Of a stretch of DNA of 64,000 nt, positions 10,414 to 22,571 are shown in pieces. Origin of the DNA: Fistulifera solaris (taxonomy: Eukaryota); NCBI GenBank assembly GCA_030295235.1, contig AP026127.1, positions 868,001 to 932,000 of the forward strand, written 5' to 3'. A model generated the notes under the pieces. It made no database searches and was not told where the DNA came from. It was given only the letters and a program-made list of their open reading frames with translations. Position numbers and translations under genes: made by a program. Position 1 is the stretch's first letter. Every line of letters starts with the position of its first letter.

Positions 10414-13400
10414 CTACACCACCAAATACTTCGTAGCCTCAAGAAAGAAGGAACTCTTTTTCCGCAAAACGCTTTGACAAAAGAATAGGGCAAAGATCGT
10501 CTGTCGAGAAATCGTTCCGGGCAATGTCCCATCACAGCGCAAATGCAACCGCTGAATAATGTTCGAAAACTGAGCGCAATCTTCACTTGTTGCAAAGAAG
10601 GATAGGTTCCTCGGGAATTCAATCACTACATCCTTGAACAAATTTTCCTGCTCAAGCGATGTCAGTATACCAATCGGTTGGTTATTCAACTTCAACAAAA
10701 CCCCCACGATGTCCGAGCAGTCTTCGAGATCATGGCACCACGTTGATAGAAGCATGCCGATGAGCTCGAGACTAGCTGACACAGTCCACACCGAAGCTAA
10801 GAGCATGGTGTCCATTATGGAAAGCAAAGTGTCACGTTTCGACTCGGCGCTCTGTAGTGACGTCAATGTCGCAAACATTTGATGGAGAAGCCTCAAGTTG
10901 CCTATCTCCACAGAGTGGAAAGAGTTAAGAGATGCCAAACGCTGAATTAGCCAAGACTGATAATGCTTTACAAGAGCTTGTCTCTTTGTTGCACAAAAGC
11001 GGCCATCGACGCTTATTAGTTGTAAGAACACAAATGCGCGAAAACTTTCTTCGGCCAGTGAAGATTTCGTATCTCTTACGGACAGAGACAAGATCGTTGA
11101 GCCCTCCAACGTTGCTAGTGGTATCGATTGAACGCAACGGACAAAAGAAGTTGACAAAGCAATGCAGCCGTCTGTGGCAATTGAACCGTCGCTGAAATGT
11201 TCAGCGATGATACTCTCATAGCATTCCCTACAAAGATAATCACATACAATTTGTTTGCCTTTTGATGATAACCCTGCTTCAGCAAGCAAGCGGCACATGG
11301 TATCAAGAAACAGAATTGCCATGGCTCGCGAACCTGTTGCAGGATGAATGCAGAGCTGCCAAATGTTTCTGGTTGCACTTCCTAATGCTGAGATAGAGAT
11401 CCTTGGTAATATTTTGTCAAGCTCTTTGATGTACGAATTGCGAGCAGATTCATCAGCGATAATGTGATGCCATGTATCCGGCGATGAAGCGGAAATGCGA
11501 GTAGCGAGATCAACAAATTCGCGACCATCCTGCAGTACACTCCGCCGGCCATGTATCTGGGAACGTAGCAAAGTGATCCCCGCTTCTCCACTCCACCTTC
11601 CATCTTGTAATATTTTCTGTACAGTGCCTTTCGCAAATTCTCCAGGAAGTGAAATACTACCAAGCGCAATTAAGGATAGATTGAGTCTTGTGCTGTCATG
11701 AGTAATTGAGTAGCTGCGCTCCAAAAGGGTAAAAATACCCTCTGAAAGTGTGCCCAGCTGCGGCCGAGATGAGATTGTAATGTCTTTTGCGCGTTGGTCA
11801 ATTAAGTTTTTATCGGAGGGCTTTGAGGTTATGTTGATCTTCGACAAGGATTCATTACCGAATATTTCTGGCTGGACCGACGCTAGCATACCCAACAAAA
11901 TCATGCCCATGCTAGAGTAAATACTTCCGTCGCCTACTTTTGAAGCAGTTACCAGAGTTTCAGTTACACTCTGGACATCGGCCTCCGTGTTTCTCGTGTG
12001 GATACGAGGAATGTCGGAAAATGGGGTCACTCCGAGAGCAGGCATCGAACAGATAGACAGGACGCATGCGAGCAGCGATGTTGCGCGCCCATGGTCATCG
12101 AACGAATCGGTATTTTCAACGATTCTGTTGCCAGAGGATTTAGAAGTGATGAGTGCCTCAGGTTTCGCATAAAAAATGTAAATAATGTCTCCTAAACCGT
12201 CCGATTTGACAGGTGACTCATCAACTCGGCCTTTTAAAATACTGGCATACTCGTTGTACATGAGATCGAATTCAGCATTGCCGATAAGCTGATGTTTATC
12301 ACAGTGCCACAAAATAGATCCCAATGCAATACCCTTACCACTCATCCATTCAAAAGAATCAAAGAGGTGAAACAAAGCAACGAGCAAGTTTCCGTCAAAG
12401 ACCCCAAGAGATGGCAGACCATTGGACGAACTGACGAATAGAGAGCGAGCGATGCCACGCTTAGCTTCTAATACCGATAAAGAACTCGATCCAAGGCGCT
12501 GCAACGATACCAATAGATCTGGCGTTGCATGTCCTGCCTTGATGCAAGCGAGTAAACTTGTCGTTACGTATCCACCATCCTCAAAACATGAAAGCAGTTC
12601 TTCTACTATGAATGCTGCTGCTTTCGAGGTTAACGTTGTCATTTCATCAATGGACAATCTGGGACATTCGCCTTTTGAAACCAATTCCACTGTCTGGGAA
12701 ATAATAGAAACACCAAAGTATGCACCGAAATCTTGTTGTCCACTGAAACCACGGACAGAGTGTTCTAAAATGTCAAGCAATTCGACAGCTTTACGGAACT
12801 CGCCGAGGTGTATGTATACTGCCCCGCACAACCCCAAGCAAATCTTGCCGATTGATTCGTTCTGAAATTCATTTGCCTGGAATGAGGCGAGAGTTTCATC
12901 TGCGACAGCTTCAAGTTCCGATCTTAGTCCCTCGTATGATGGCCCGCTTTCAGAAACAGAGACTGCTAACGATGTCAAGGAAACAAACATTGCATCAGGG
13001 CTAACAAATATTTCATTCCAACCTCTAATTTCACTCAAGAGCGACGATGGAGTTTCAGTTGCGAGACGTAGGCAGAGTCCTGAAATTCGCAAAAAGCCCT
13101 TCACAGCAAAAACCAGAATCAAAGGATCAGAATTTTCTATGCATGCATCAGCGTTGTCTCGCAATATCGTCAACTGTGTTCCATCGGAAGCCCAAAGTAG
13201 CGCAATTGCGTATTCACTAGAACCTTGAGTCGGTCGAAGACTCGTTAACAAAGAAAACGATGGGAGCGCATCTCGGAGCTTCCGTTCGCGGCCAAGTTCG
13301 TCCTTGAATGCTCCACCACCTCTCCGCGGAGAGCTTCGTTTCTGCCAAAAACTAGCACCTAGTACATCTTCCTCAAATGACATTATTTTGCTCGCTAGCT

Positions 13401-15800
13401 CGGTAAGTGGATGGGCTGTGTGACTGTCTCTTCTTTCTAATGGCAGACATTCCATGCCTTCCATTACAAGCTCTTGAAGTTGAAGGTATCTATTAGCACC
13501 AGTACTTTTTATGTTTTCTTCCGTTTCGTCAATTACTTCGGTGTTTCGCTTCACATCGTCTTCCTCAACTTCCAATGAATATAGTGAGTAGCGATTTAGC
13601 GATTCAAAAATATGAAACAAGCAAGTATCCATGCCACTCATTCGCATTTCCATGGCCTTTTTTACAAGTACACCCCCAAGGTACAGAAGAGTATCAATTG
13701 ATTGTCTGACCTGAATTCCTACGTTACCCTTGTCATCCCCCTCACTCTCGTCGTCATCGGTCTCGCCATCGCCCAAAAGCAAACACAGGGCCTCCAAGAT
13801 TGGCATAGGCAGTCCAATTAACTTATCACGATCGGCAATGTGGCATAGCTTTTTATTCAAAACCTTGATAACCAGCGGGAACTCGAGTTCTCGGTTGAGA
13901 GTTAAATAGTGAAGGCTCATAATGGCATAATGCCTCAGTAGAACAAAAATGGGTGAATTTTCGTCTTCCGTCAAAAGATGCTGAACCCACCCAATAACAT
14001 CAGCGACATCTCTTATGCAATCATCCTTGGCAAGATCGCAAATACTGGCAGCGACGGCCAGTCGAATCTCAGGATCTTTGTCGTAAATGAACAAGCCCAA
14101 AGAATCAATTACACGCCGATACATTTTCTTGTTTGTCCGGCAAATACTGGGATACAAGCGCAAGACCGCTATTCGTAACTCTATGGAGCCACCATCTTGT
14201 ACCCACTGCGAGCCAAAGAATGACCAAATTTGCTGCGCACAGTGTGGGTCTATGACAAGTGGACCCGCCATGAACTCTAAGAGATGCAGAAGCTGTAGGC
14301 CATCACACGCCTGTGCAGCATTCTGCACTAACTGTAAGTGTACGGGAAGAAAGGTGATTCCCAAATGAGGGTAAGCCTGAATCAGTCGTTCAAGGAAGCG
14401 GTACCACTTGCGTTGCTCGGAGAGAACCGACAAATGCGAAATCGCCACAAGAAGTAGCGCTAGCTGCATCTCCGAAGATAGATTCGTCACACTTGTCAAA
14501 TCCGCGGAAAAAACAAGTTTTCCTAGCACAGATTGATCGCCCTCCAGAAGACGTGCTCTGATACTGGATGAATCGGTGATATCTTCGGTAGACGTGTCGA
14601 CTGGAATCGCTTGTAGAGCACTTAAGTGGCAAGCTGGATCATGCAAATATATGCATGCCATTCCCTCTAAAAGCGACCTGACCATAGGTATGGACGCATT
14701 CAATCGTGGGACCGTCCAGTGCACCAACAAGTCCAGAAGTGATTTTCGTTCCTCTGCCAAATGCGTTTTATGCAGAACAGTGCACCACTGTAATACAGCC
14801 AAGGGATCCAAAGGAACCAACGCATTGCCTGGCGAATTTCTCAAAAGTGCTACCCAATCGACAAGTACATCATAGACAGGCTTCCATGTAAAGGGACACC
14901 AACTTGACCGTTCGTGGCTTTGCTTGACTTTGTCTCTCAGAAGCGGTACAATTTCACATAAAAGTACATCGCTCCATTGAACTAATGCAAGTGTATCTTT
15001 CTCGTCCATGCCGTCGTAATCGTTATCATCGTCGAAAGCAATGGCGGCTTGTGCTAACAGGACCGTTTCGATGAACCAAGATTGCATCAACAACACTTGG
15101 CGATGATTGTCTTTCACCATGAGAATCACCCGCAATACCCGAATCAACCATTCAAGCAATTTGATTTGGTGGTTCAAAGACTCATTGACCCACACAGACC
15201 ACAGTGTTCTCCACAATTGCTGCAATACCATAGACTGCTCCTCAAATGTATGTTCCGACTGCGACAAGAATGTGACCGCGAGCAGTGGCGACAATAGAGC
15301 TGGCATGCGAATAGCGTTTTCCCGTACCAGAGGCATCATTTCACGAACCAGTACGGCCCGCGATGACGGCAGTTCGAGACGTCGGTAGGTTTCCAAAAGC
15401 ACCAGCGCCGTCTCTTGTATGGCCGGAAGATGATGAACGATGTTTTTCGCATAAGCGCGTGCACACGCCGCAAAACAGGCCGATTCTTCCAACACTGTCA
15501 TTCCCGTTGTCAGCAATGAAAGGCACTCTTTTGTATTCATGTTCTCGAAAAGGCATAGGCAATGGAAGGATGCAAGTCCGGTCGCGAGAGTGTCTCCAAA
15601 ATGGTAGCTTCCGGTAGATTATCGTTCGAGCTAGTGAATTCACAGCATGCTTGTGCCAAGGAGCGTCCGAGAGAAGCCGCTACCGCGTGCGGCATTCGTT
15701 GTTGTTGCGGTTGTGTGAATTGTCGTTGACATTGCTGCAGCAAAGATTGTATGCGTTGCTCTTTCTTCTTGGCGTCACTGGTTTGAGACGAAACAGGCAT
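10414..15800 (-). CDS. Large ARM/HEAT-like protein, focadhesin/RST1-like (DUF3730); frameshift near 15548-15551
   Basis: 1708-aa helical ORF plus an upstream ORF joined by one base in a homopolymer. The segment LRLYPSICRTN...EIRLAVAASICDLAK...AIMSLHYL...LEFPLVIKVLNKKL resembles the DUF3730 region. Confidence 0.6.
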
Positions 15801-15897
15801 AGTGCGATTATTCGACTGTTGTTTCTGTCGAATCTTGTACAATGACACGAGTGATTCATGTCGAAGAAAGAAAGAAAGAATGGCAATGATCGATGCA

Positions 15898-16455
15898 GAA
15901 GAGACGCAAAACATTTTTGACGTGTGCGGTGTGATCGAACTAACACAATATCCGGGTGCCCCCTCTGTCGATAAATTTCCCTACGAGAGCTACGTATAAT
16001 TACGTAGAGATTCGACGCATTGTATCATGCGTTCCGTCAACCTTTATTTTTTATAAAATTGAACGCGTTTATTGCTCCCTGATACGAATAAAATACGGTG
16101 GACAAGGAAACGTTGACATCTGATTGCTGTGGATTGAATAAATGGATGATGTCAAATTGTTCCATAATCCGGGTACCCCTACAGAGATAAATTTCCTACG
16201 GCGGCTACGTAAAATACACGTAGACACTAGAAGCGTCGTATCTTTCTACTCTTTCATGTTTTAATGTCAAATATTGACATCGATTATTGCTTCACGGCTC
16301 GCACAAGCGATATTGGACAAAAAGTTGACAATGGTGTGCAAGAGACGCGAATAATGGTGTGAGCGAAATTACACAATATCCGGGTACCCCTCTGTCGATA
16401 AATTTCCTTACGAGAGCTACGTGAAATCTACGTAGACATTAAAAGCGTTGTGTAT
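15898..16455 (+). repeat. Three ~210-215 bp degenerate units sharing a ~75-bp core (TCCGGGTACCCC..TGTCGATAAATTTCCCTACG..GCTACGT-N-ACGTAGAC)
   Basis: Cores at about 15951, 16168 and 16379; the same family recurs at 35521-35822. Confidence 0.88.
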
Positions 16456-16814
16456 TGAATAGCAGGTGGATGGCGTTTGTTGTCTATTGCCACGAAATGT
16501 TATGGATGTGATGATGGTATTGGAGAAAGTGACGGGATCGAAACCGTAGTACCTTGTATCTCTAGTTCCAAGTCAGGTTACGACTACGACAACCGGTCAC
16601 GAGTGTCGTCGCCACGAGACAAGAACGACGTACGTACAAAGTGCCTTGCAAGAGGGTCATTACTTGTATCCCGCCCGCCCTTACTTTCTGATTGTTCTCT
16701 CAAGAACATCACCATACCTACAACCCATAAACTTTCAACTCGTTTCGAACTCGTTTCGTTGACGCTATCATCGTCGCCATTGAGCATCAAAAACATGCCA
16801 CTCGGCCGCTGATC

Positions 16815-18092
16815 ATGCCGGGCCATCTTCGTTGTCAGTTTCGCGGAGTTTACCTGTTGCTTTTTCTCTTGATAGAACAACAATGGCGTGCCATCTTGAA
16901 GCACTCGTCGACAACAGAAGTCTCAAACACCCCACAAGCGACACTTCATTCGAAGCGTACTGTAGCGACAACGACACGATTCGCATACGCCTTTTTGGTT
17001 GCCGGCTGTGATCCGGCTCGTCCAGCGTATCGTCCGTTTCTTTCCAATATCGCCGTCGCCACACGTCTCTTAGCCCAGCACGGCAGCCAAGCCGAAGTCA
17101 TTGTATTGGTGCAAATGGATTTTCGATCACCATACGAGACATTGCCCGAAAATGACCTATTCTTGCTGCTATCATCGTCCTCCTTACGGGTCCATATACA
17201 CTACATTCCGAAAACCCCCTTCCAAAGTTATTATCGAACGCAGTTCGACAAATTCCGTATCCTCAACTTTACACAATACGACCAAGGTATCTTGTTCATG
17301 GACGCCGATGTCATGCCTTTGACCAATCTGGATTATTTGTTTTCCTTGTCGACTACGGATGATCGAATAAAAGACAATTGGGTCGTCGCTGGACCCATCG
17401 CACCGGCCAATGGTGGATTCTTCTTGTTGCGACCAACGCCCGGTGCCTTTGAACGAGTTGCCGCCCTATTACGTGAACAAACAACTTCGCACAATCGTAC
17501 GAGGTTATTTGATTCCATCCAAGGATGGGGACACGCCGTGGGACCGTCGGATTATTGGGAAACGCGTACGGGGAAACGCGGCCGTGAATGGACGTTTTAT
17601 GCGGCCCACGCGGACCAAGGGTTTTTGTATCATTGGGTCAAATACGAACAGAAGAATGTCACCATTGTAGTCGGAGCAACGGTTCAGAACTGGGGATGTT
17701 GCGATGAACATGGTCAAGTGCAACTGGAAAGCACATTTCCTTTACGAGACTTTGACCTTCATTCGACGAATCATACTGTTTCATGGCAGCGCAAACCTCC
17801 TCCGACATGTTGGTCCGTACCCAGAAAAGAATGTCTGCCCATATATGGCGATTTCATCCATTTTGGTGGTAAACGTAAACCGTGGATGAAACCTCCACCC
17901 TCCAACCTTACTCGAGCCACGCAATGGGACTCTCCCAATCATTTATGGTACCGGACCTTCTGGGAAATCAATTCGGAACTAGGACTCAACTTGACAGCCA
18001 GTGAGTGGTTAACTCCAGAAGATCCTCCTCTGGGATTGAAGCCGGGCAAGCGACAGGCTTTTCAGGGTCCACCAATTGAGTTGTCAAGATAA
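16815..18092 (+). CDS. Glycosyltransferase family 8-like (glycogenin/xylosyltransferase-like) type II membrane protein
   Basis: N-terminal hydrophobic anchor; FDKFRIL, DxD motif FMDADVMPLTNLDYLF, NGGFFLLRP, DQGFL, HFGGKRKPW. Confidence 0.8.
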   Translation: MPGHLRCQFRGVYLLLFLLIEQQWRAILKHSSTTEVSNTPQATLHSKRTVATTTRFAYAFLVAGCDPARPAYRPFLSNIAVATRLLAQHGSQAEVIVLVQMDFRSPYETLPENDLFLLLSSSSLRVHIHYIPKTPFQSYYRTQFDKFRILNFTQYDQGILFMDADVMPLTNLDYLFSLSTTDDRIKDNWVVAGPIAPANGGFFLLRPTPGAFERVAALLREQTTSHNRTRLFDSIQGWGHAVGPSDYWETRTGKRGREWTFYAAHADQGFLYHWVKYEQKNVTIVVGATVQNWGCCDEHGQVQLESTFPLRDFDLHSTNHTVSWQRKPPPTCWSVPRKECLPIYGDFIHFGGKRKPWMKPPPSNLTRATQWDSPNHLWYRTFWEINSELGLNLTASEWLTPEDPPLGLKPGKRQAFQGPPIELSR

Positions 18093-18367
18093 CGGATTCC
18101 GGAGAAAGACCGTCTGAAGCTAAGTTTGGGTCCTTCTTGCGTTCATTTCAATGCTACATCAGCGCCAATATCGAGCAAAGAGATACATGGACAATAGTGA
18201 AGCATAGTTTAGGCAATTCTTACTTTGAAAGGGCATAGATACTACCCTTGTAATTCATCTTTAGTTGTTCGGGACTGAAATGAATATGAGTCACAGAAAA
18301 AGTAATCTACACTTCACGGTATAGTAATTTTTGACGCGCTTTTTCAGAATGCAATCGACGCTAGTTC

Positions 18368-18464
18368 ATTGCTAAGGCCTCCGTCAAAATCGATAAGGCT
18401 CATACAATTCACAAATTGCTAAGGCCTCCATCAAAATTGATAAGGCTCAGCATACAATTCACAA
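18368..18464 (+). repeat. Direct tandem duplication of ~47-50 bp
   Basis: ATTGCTAAGGCCTCC(G/A)TCAAAAT(C/T)GATAAGGCTCA..TACAATTCACAA occurs twice, just before the 68-bp array. Confidence 0.85.
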
Positions 18465-18500
18465 AAGATCTTTGTGATTGGAAGCGCGCTCATTGCTTGA

Positions 18501-18735
18501 CGTGTAAATTCCCCTGACCCAGATTTCCTGGGAACGTGAACATACAACCGGTCCAGATTTTCTGGACCTGTGTAAATACCACAGACCCAGATTTCCTGGG
18601 AACGTGAAGATAAAGCAGGTCCAGATTTTCTGGAGCAGAGTAAGTACCACACGCCCAGATTTCTTGGGAACGTGAAAATACAACTGGTCCAGATTTTCTG
18701 GACCAGGCAAATACCACACCCCAAAGATTTCCTGG
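18501..18735 (+). repeat. 68-bp higher-order tandem array of alternating palindromes
   Basis: CCCAGATTTC(C/T)TGGG at 18518, 18586 and 18654 (period 68) alternates with GGTCCAGATTTTCTGGA(C/G)C; linkers are 17 bp. Confidence 0.93.
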
Positions 18736-19000
18736 AGGAGACCACTCGCCCGCTGATTTCAACGCGTCAAAACAACTTTTTCATTCCTTCGTAAGATATT
18801 CGATGATCAGTTTTCAAATTTATTACGATCTTATTACGCAATCATAACCTTACACCACGTAAGGTGGGAAGCGCCGTAAACGAAATTCGTAGCGACTGGG
18901 ATCAACGAGACAGAAAAGAAGAAGCGCGCAAAAGTCTTGCTATTTCGAGAGCCGTCCGATCTGAGGCGCCTCTGTATTATACTACCAGGTACTCCGTACA

Positions 19001-20221
19001 ATGCATTCTTACGACGGAGATAGCAGCAATGAGCACGGGCAGCAAAAATACCGCTGTTGGCACCATTTGAAAAGCAACTGGGGCATTTTAATTTTCGGGC
19101 AAGCTGTCTGTTTGCTGGGCTCTGTGACGGGCGCCACACAATCGCAGTTGTCGCTGCAATGCCACTGGTCGGCGCCCGGTTTTTCCGTATTTTTGTTCTA
19201 TTCGTGTTTGACATTCTTCTTAATTCCGCTGTATTACCAACAGAAGAAGCAACATGTGCGATTGGAAACACACGACAGTAATGACAACGATGATGACGAC
19301 GCGAACGAGGATCCGACGATCGAAGCAGCCCAAGACACCATATCACCAGAGAATGCTCCAGCCGTCGGTGTTTATTTGTTCTTGAACACCATTTGGCTAC
19401 AAGCTCCACCGTGGTTCTATCTGATTATGGGAAGTTTGGATGTATCCGCCAGCTTTTGTATTGTTTCCGCTTTTTCGTTGACGAACATTACCTCAGTGTC
19501 GTTACTGACGGCTTTATCGATACCGACCACGATGGTTTTGTCGTGCTTCTTCTTGAAACGGCGGTACCAATTGTGGCATTATGTCGGTGTAGCTCTGTGT
19601 CTGTTTGGTATTGTCTGTCGTGTCGGGCAAGATTGGAAACAAGATCATCAGCAAATTGAAGAAGAGGCAGCCACCACCTATCCCCACAAATTCTGGGGAG
19701 ATGTCATGGCATGTATGGGCGGTGTGTTCTTTGGCATTAACAATGTGCTAGGCGAAGTGGCAGTCCAACGACTGGGAGGGCCGTTGGAGTTTCTGGGCAT
19801 GATGGGGTTCTTTGCTGCAATATTGGCGTTTATTTACTCTATGGTGATGGAACGCGACGAGATCCGGGCATTCTTTGTAGAGAGCAGGGATATTTGTCCG
19901 GCTCAAACATCGACTCTTCTTCTCTTGGCGTACGTAGCGACCAATGTGTTGGGATATTATGGAGGAGCTCATTTCTTGCGAATATCCGAAGCTACCTTCT
20001 TCAACCTCAGCTTTCAAACGGGCAGTTTGTGGTCGGTTGTGTTTTCGATTGTCGGGCAACACATTTATCCCGACCCATTGTTTTATGTATCGCTCGTGAT
20101 TACAGTCTCGGGGGTTGTTGTCTACGAGATGGCGAATAAATCTCGTCGAGAATCTCACAGTATTGCTGGACCATCATCCCCAGAAGCGACATCTAGTATT
20201 CATCTTCGGGAACTATCTTGA
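19001..20221 (+). CDS. Solute carrier family 35 F1/F2-like (DUF914, DMT superfamily) transporter
   Basis: About 10 TM helices; LIFGQAVCLL, TNITSVSLL, LSCFFLKRRY, WGDVMA..NNVLGE, SEATFFNLS. Confidence 0.88.
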   Translation: MHSYDGDSSNEHGQQKYRCWHHLKSNWGILIFGQAVCLLGSVTGATQSQLSLQCHWSAPGFSVFLFYSCLTFFLIPLYYQQKKQHVRLETHDSNDNDDDDANEDPTIEAAQDTISPENAPAVGVYLFLNTIWLQAPPWFYLIMGSLDVSASFCIVSAFSLTNITSVSLLTALSIPTTMVLSCFFLKRRYQLWHYVGVALCLFGIVCRVGQDWKQDHQQIEEEAATTYPHKFWGDVMACMGGVFFGINNVLGEVAVQRLGGPLEFLGMMGFFAAILAFIYSMVMERDEIRAFFVESRDICPAQTSTLLLLAYVATNVLGYYGGAHFLRISEATFFNLSFQTGSLWSVVFSIVGQHIYPDPLFYVSLVITVSGVVVYEMANKSRRESHSIAGPSSPEATSSIHLRELS

Positions 20222-20317
20222 AATCATTAATAGATTACGCACCTGACGCATATATAGAGTACATATTAATAACTAACATGGAGTAGAGTAGTTTACATTA
20301 GCAAGAGACGCGTCTTC

Positions 20318-22253
20318 TTACTGCTGCTCCCAAACAACATGGGAAATGCAGCATGCGCCGTCTTTCCGATTGACATTAGCCCTGACGTTTAAGTCCACCA
20401 CTAGTCCAACAGGGTTATCCTTCTGAGCAGAAGGATTCGCTACTAGTCTATCTTTATCATCGGAAGAAAGAGAACTGCCATCGGTTTTTTGGACTTGCGA
20501 CAGTCGAGTGATTTGTGCACCAGGTGGAATACCGACATGCACACAGGTTTGGCGTTTGAGATATTCAGCGGCACCTTGGACCATCACCGGCGCAGTCACT
20601 TTCACTCCGCCAACTGTGTACTCAACGTCCTTGTCTAAACGACAAGCATGCTCGCTGCGCTTTTCGTTGGCTTCGCACAAAATAAGTTCGCTAAACCAGT
20701 GCTGAGCGTCGGTATCATCAGCGGTATGTCCATGGTCATCGTGAAGCAACGATGAAGCTTCTGATATCGGCAACCAAAAGCGCAGTGTCCCTGACTCGGG
20801 AATTCCATAAAGTGCTGTTTTCAAATCCACATAGCCTAAGCCGCCACATTGTTCGACTTTAATTTTCGTTTCGCGTTCGACACTGGATAAATCCATGACC
20901 CAACCCGCTTGATAGGCTTCATCGCTTCGTTGCTGCATGATATTGTCCGCTGTAATGCCAGGAGACAGACCGGATACAACAATGGAAGGTAATACTTTAT
21001 CGTGATCGGTTGCTGGCAAAAGTTGGTCCGACATGAGAGTTCTTTCATGACGTAGTGGTTCGAGTCGGTTTCCGATGGGTGACCAAATAGTAAGTGATTC
21101 ACGGCATCGCTGTTGTTAAGTAGTTTTGACATGGGTTTGGGAAAGGAAGTTGTAGCGACAGCACTGGTCATCGACTTCGTACTTTGGTAATTCGTCCTCC
21201 AGTTGACATCGGTGGCCATTATGCGTTGTGCTTCTTCCACAGCTTGAGCGAAATACATGGCCATCATCCACCCCAGCCACTCATGTTCCATCTTTTTGGG
21301 ATGCCAGTTGCCGCGACCGGGGCATTTGCTCGGTGCCCCGAATTCTTGCCAGTTTCGAAATCCGGGTGGTTTCTGTGAGTCGTCCTTCGTAGCATCGAGT
21401 AAGGTTGCATCTTGTACCGCATGTTTGGCCATTCCGACGCACATGGCGTCGGAAATCAGCCCTGCTCGGCATATGCTTGAACTAACGAGCACCGTTTGGG
21501 ATCCGTGTCTAACAATATCACCATAGGTTTTTGTTGTTTCAGTTGATGCTGACTTTGTCGTAAATAGCTTTCAAGGACAGCTGCACCACGACCTTCATTC
21601 ATACTAAAATCCCAGCTGATGACATGTGGGTCACTGCCTAGAAAATGCTCGAAACAAAATCCGTACGGGAAGGACGGAATCCCTCCAATGGCGGAGTTTC
21701 GTACCGTCACCTTGGTCTGAAAGAGCTTCTGCAAGATAGGTTCAAGTAAATTTCCCAAAATAAACGGATACGACTGATGATAATAATTGCCCCGTCCGAC
21801 TGTGACGGAATATCCCGCAAAGGACAAGACAAACGGCGTTTGTTGGGCGGCCGCGGTCAATATTCTTCGCGCAGTGGCTTGTACAGACCCGTAGGCTTGT
21901 ACACCTCGTCGAAACATATCTTCTGAATCCTCGCGGCCTCCGTAGCGACGATAAAATTCGTTGCGTAAAGCTTGTACGGTCTCCCATGACGACGCCGTCG
22001 GGTGTTCTTGTTGTGTGCTTTGTGACACTATTTCTTGATGCAATTCTTCCAGTTGAGTCATTGCGGAGGTTTTACCTCCAGGACGTATTATTACTGCTTC
22101 ATCGTGGTCTATTAGAGTCCAGAAGAGACCGACACAGCCCAGCAAGCCGAGGGTTATAATGACGGAATGAAAAATTGGTCTCCGTTTTGTAGCTGTCAAT
22201 GACCTCCGTGTACCGCCAGACAAGGGGGCGCGAATCGTCTTCTTCCGCATCAT
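20318..22253 (-). CDS. Membrane-anchored SGNH-hydrolase-like protein; frameshifts near 21460 and 21017
   Basis: N-terminal TM; block-I-like GYSVTVGRGN, RNSAIGG, WDFSMNE and late NWHP. Three ORFs are joined by single-base homopolymer fixes. Confidence 0.65.
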
Positions 22254-22571
22254 TTTTTCTCGCTTTAGAAGCTCTTTGTCTTGCACTTCATGAACACACA
22301 ACAACGGTAACAGACACTCAAATAAAACAAATGCGACGAGGAAAAATGAAATGACTGTTTGTCGTCTCGCATCTCGCATCTTAACAGGTATCATTCGCGA
22401 CGCCGAATCAAATACCGCTTTACTACGTTAACCTTGATACTACGATACTTACTATAGGCCGAACTATTGGTTCAACTTAACCACGACTGTAATTTAGTCA
22501 CAAATACGCAAGTTTCGTACGTCAAAAATGTACGAAGCCCTACGCTACGAAACCGCGGTTAGGAACGGTCC

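Noticed and set aside
18501..18735. CRISPR array interpretation of the palindromic arrays (also 7.9 and 35.9 kb)
   Set aside because: Linkers are only ~17 bp and homologous to each other rather than unique, no cas genes are present, and the context is eukaryotic.
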